Assembly: GCF_001194135.2 (NCBI RefSeq)
Contig: NC_068985.1
Span: forward strand, 97,464,640 to 97,528,259
Reading direction: 5' to 3'
Length of the DNA stretch: 63,620 nucleotides
Source: Octopus bimaculoides
Taxonomy: Eukaryota
Shown: piece after piece, positions 61,291 to 63,620 of the stretch
Position numbering within the stretch: the first letter of the stretch is position 1
Layout: every line of letters begins with the position of its first letter
Notes under the pieces: model-generated
Databases searched by the model: none
Seen by the model: only the letters and a program-made list of their open reading frames with translations
What the model was told of the DNA's origin: nothing
Translations under genes and position numbers: made by a program

Positions 61291-62059
61291 GAAAAGTTTT
61301 CTCCTACTTTTTTAAATTGCAGTCTTTGATCAGATCCTTACTATGACACCGGGGACATTTCGAAATTATATTTCCGATCATATAAACCACTTCGAACATT
61401 ATTTTAACAAGTGTAAAGATATTTCTTTTGTATCGTGAACCATTTACCATTTCTGTGATGCCCACCTCTCCACATGTCCTCAACACGTGCTTATTTTGCT
61501 TAATGGTTAATTCAGCGCTGGAGAGATGGCTCAAATATATATATGTGTACACTCAGGAATTTGAGAAAGTTCCCAAGAGTAATATGTCAAATATGAGAAA
61601 CTTTCAAAATCCTGACAATTGAGCCACTCTAAAACAGAACGTCTCAGGCTTGTGGGGATACAATAAACCAAAAAGGAATCATTTACACAATTTGTATTGC
61701 TGCCCCCACCCCATCGGCTTTAACAATGGAGTAGCCTTTCGTAACAATTGTGTTTTATACTCTTATCAACTGAACTCTTAGCAACAAACAACTTTTTCAT
61801 CTGGTTACCTTACTCTTCTTCTACGAAAATAATATGTATAATACAATATTTATTTCATATCCTGTTTGGGTTAATTTGCTTTTGTATCGCAAACACACCC
61901 ATTCAATGATAAATTAATGTTAATGGACAGCTGACCTCATATTTGTGCGATAACACGGGAGGGCGTGAGTATTTCCACTGTTAACTACGTCAAAAAAAAA
62001 AAAAAAATCCCCAAAAACTGAGTTAAATATGAATATTGCGATTAAGAAAAAATATTCTT

Positions 62060-62880
62060 TTCTACTTTAGGCACAAAGCCCGAAATTTTTGGGGAGTGGA
62101 GCCAGTCAATTAGATCGACCACAGTATGCAACTGGTACTTAATTTATCGACTCCGAAAGGATGAAAGGCAAAGTCGCCCTCGACGGAATTTGAACTCTGA
62201 ACGTAAAGACATGCGAAATACCTCTAAGTATTTCGCCCGGCGAGCTAACTTTTCTTATTTCTTTATTGCCTACAAGGGGATAAACATAGAGGGGACAAAC
62301 AAGGACAGACAAAGGGATTAAGTCGATTACATCGACCCCAGTGCATAAGTGGTACTTAATTTATCGACTCTGAAAGGATGAAAGGTAAAGTCGACCTCGG
62401 CGGAATTTGAACTCAGAACATAACGGCAAACGAAATACAGCTATGCATTTCACCCGGCGTGTTAACGTTTCTGCCAGCTCGCCGCCTTATTAAGAAAACA
62501 TATTAAGAGTTAGCTGATATTGTTATCTGGCCAAAGGAAGGCGGTCAGTTGGCATAATCGTTAGCACGCCAGGTAAAAATGCTTAGCGACATTTCGCCCA
62601 TCCTTACGTTCTGAGTTCAAATTCTGCCAGGGTCGACTTCGCCTTTCATCCTTTCTGAGTCGATAAAGTAAGTACAAGTTCAGCATTGAGGGGGGTCGAT
62701 GCAATCGACTTACCCACTTCTCCGAACTTGCTGGCCAAAGGCGGACAGCTGGCAAAACCGTTAGCAAAAATGCTTTAGTGGCATTACGTCCGTTCTTACA
62801 TTCTGAGTTCAAATTCCGCCGAGGTCAACTTTGCTTTTCATTCTTTCTGGGTTGATGAAATAAATACCAGTTGAGCACCT
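62060..62880. mobile_element. Head-to-head SINE family B cluster
   Basis: Minus copies 62060-62488 followed by plus copies 62540-62880. Confidence 0.8.
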
Positions 62881-63017
62881 AAAGCTCCATGAGGCTCTGG
62901 CAGGGGGAGGTGGCGAACGACTCTTCATCAGTTATTGGCTGTTTTTCTAGTCTCTATTTCGAGCATATATATATATACATACATACATNNNNNNNNNNNN
63001 NNNNNNNNNNNNNNNNN

Positions 63018-63055
<38 letters not shown>

Positions 63056-63230
63056 CAGGGTGGGTGGAAAGTAACTAGGCATCAGAAATTGCTCATAGAA
63101 TTTTTAGTATCACTGAAGTCATGACCAAAGCATTTTTAAATAGACAACACTAATGAGGATTTCTTATTGTCTTATTTCTTTTATCTTATTTTCCAGATGG
63201 CCGGTCGTTTGACTGTTCAGGAGCGAGCTA
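63056..63230 (+). mobile_element. Possible 5' end of a Tc1/mariner-type element
   Basis: TA|CAGGGTG terminus after (TA)n, and MAGRLTVQERAK resembles mariner-type transposase N-termini. No matching right TIR seen. Confidence 0.4.
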
Positions 63231-63620
63231 AGAATACGTTTCCTAATAATATCTATTTCACTTTTAGAGGGATTTATCAGCCTGTATTTGGGATCCTAAT
63301 CGCCACATGGTCCATTTCTTGTCCTCCACGTGGTCAATTAACTCTTCGCCATGCGGCATTTCCCAACTAACTGTAACCCGTATAACAACATCAAACTATG
63401 ACACCACGTGACCTTCCTCGACCAATCGCAGCAGACCTTATGGTGATAACAATCAACTTCTGTCATTCAAATTCAAAATGGCTGATGATTAGCATCACAC
63501 TTGAAACTCAAGAGTACTAGCGAATTTGAATCAAACTGTTTTGATCCATACATGTAACTCCAAATAAATTGGTTGAGTGCCCTTCTTTCGCTTGTCCACT
63601 CACTCATATATATATATATA

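Overview
AT-rich, microsatellite- and retroposon-dense eukaryotic scaffold with 11 N-gaps; the repeat landscape points to a cephalopod, probably Octopus (inference). Splice-aware reading gives three complete intron-containing genes and the 5' end of a fourth. RSPH1 (+, 7 coding exons, 10468-20980, 300 aa) has an RFX X-box and a forkhead motif upstream. NKAPD1/C11orf57 (-, 4 coding exons, 36775-28010, 337 aa) and PIH1D2 (+, 5 coding exons, 44776-50375, 329 aa) lie head-to-head, as I recall them being in human. An unidentified putative type II membrane protein gene (-, exons 3241-3093 and 2121-2040) runs off the left edge, and its first exon is missing from the ORF track. The rest is transposon debris: RTE, CR1, L1/Tx1, R4/Dong-like, CRE-like and Penelope-like retroelements, three tRNA-type SINE families, a Tc1-like element reconstructing as DD36E, and piggyBac/hAT/foldback MITEs. 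Two hammerhead-ribozyme-like motifs (one complete but decayed, one half-motif at the centre of a perfect 87-bp palindrome) are the most unusual non-coding signals. Most ORFs in the supplied track are microsatellite, SINE or N-gap artefacts. Family and orthologue assignments come from my recall of motifs, not from database searches.
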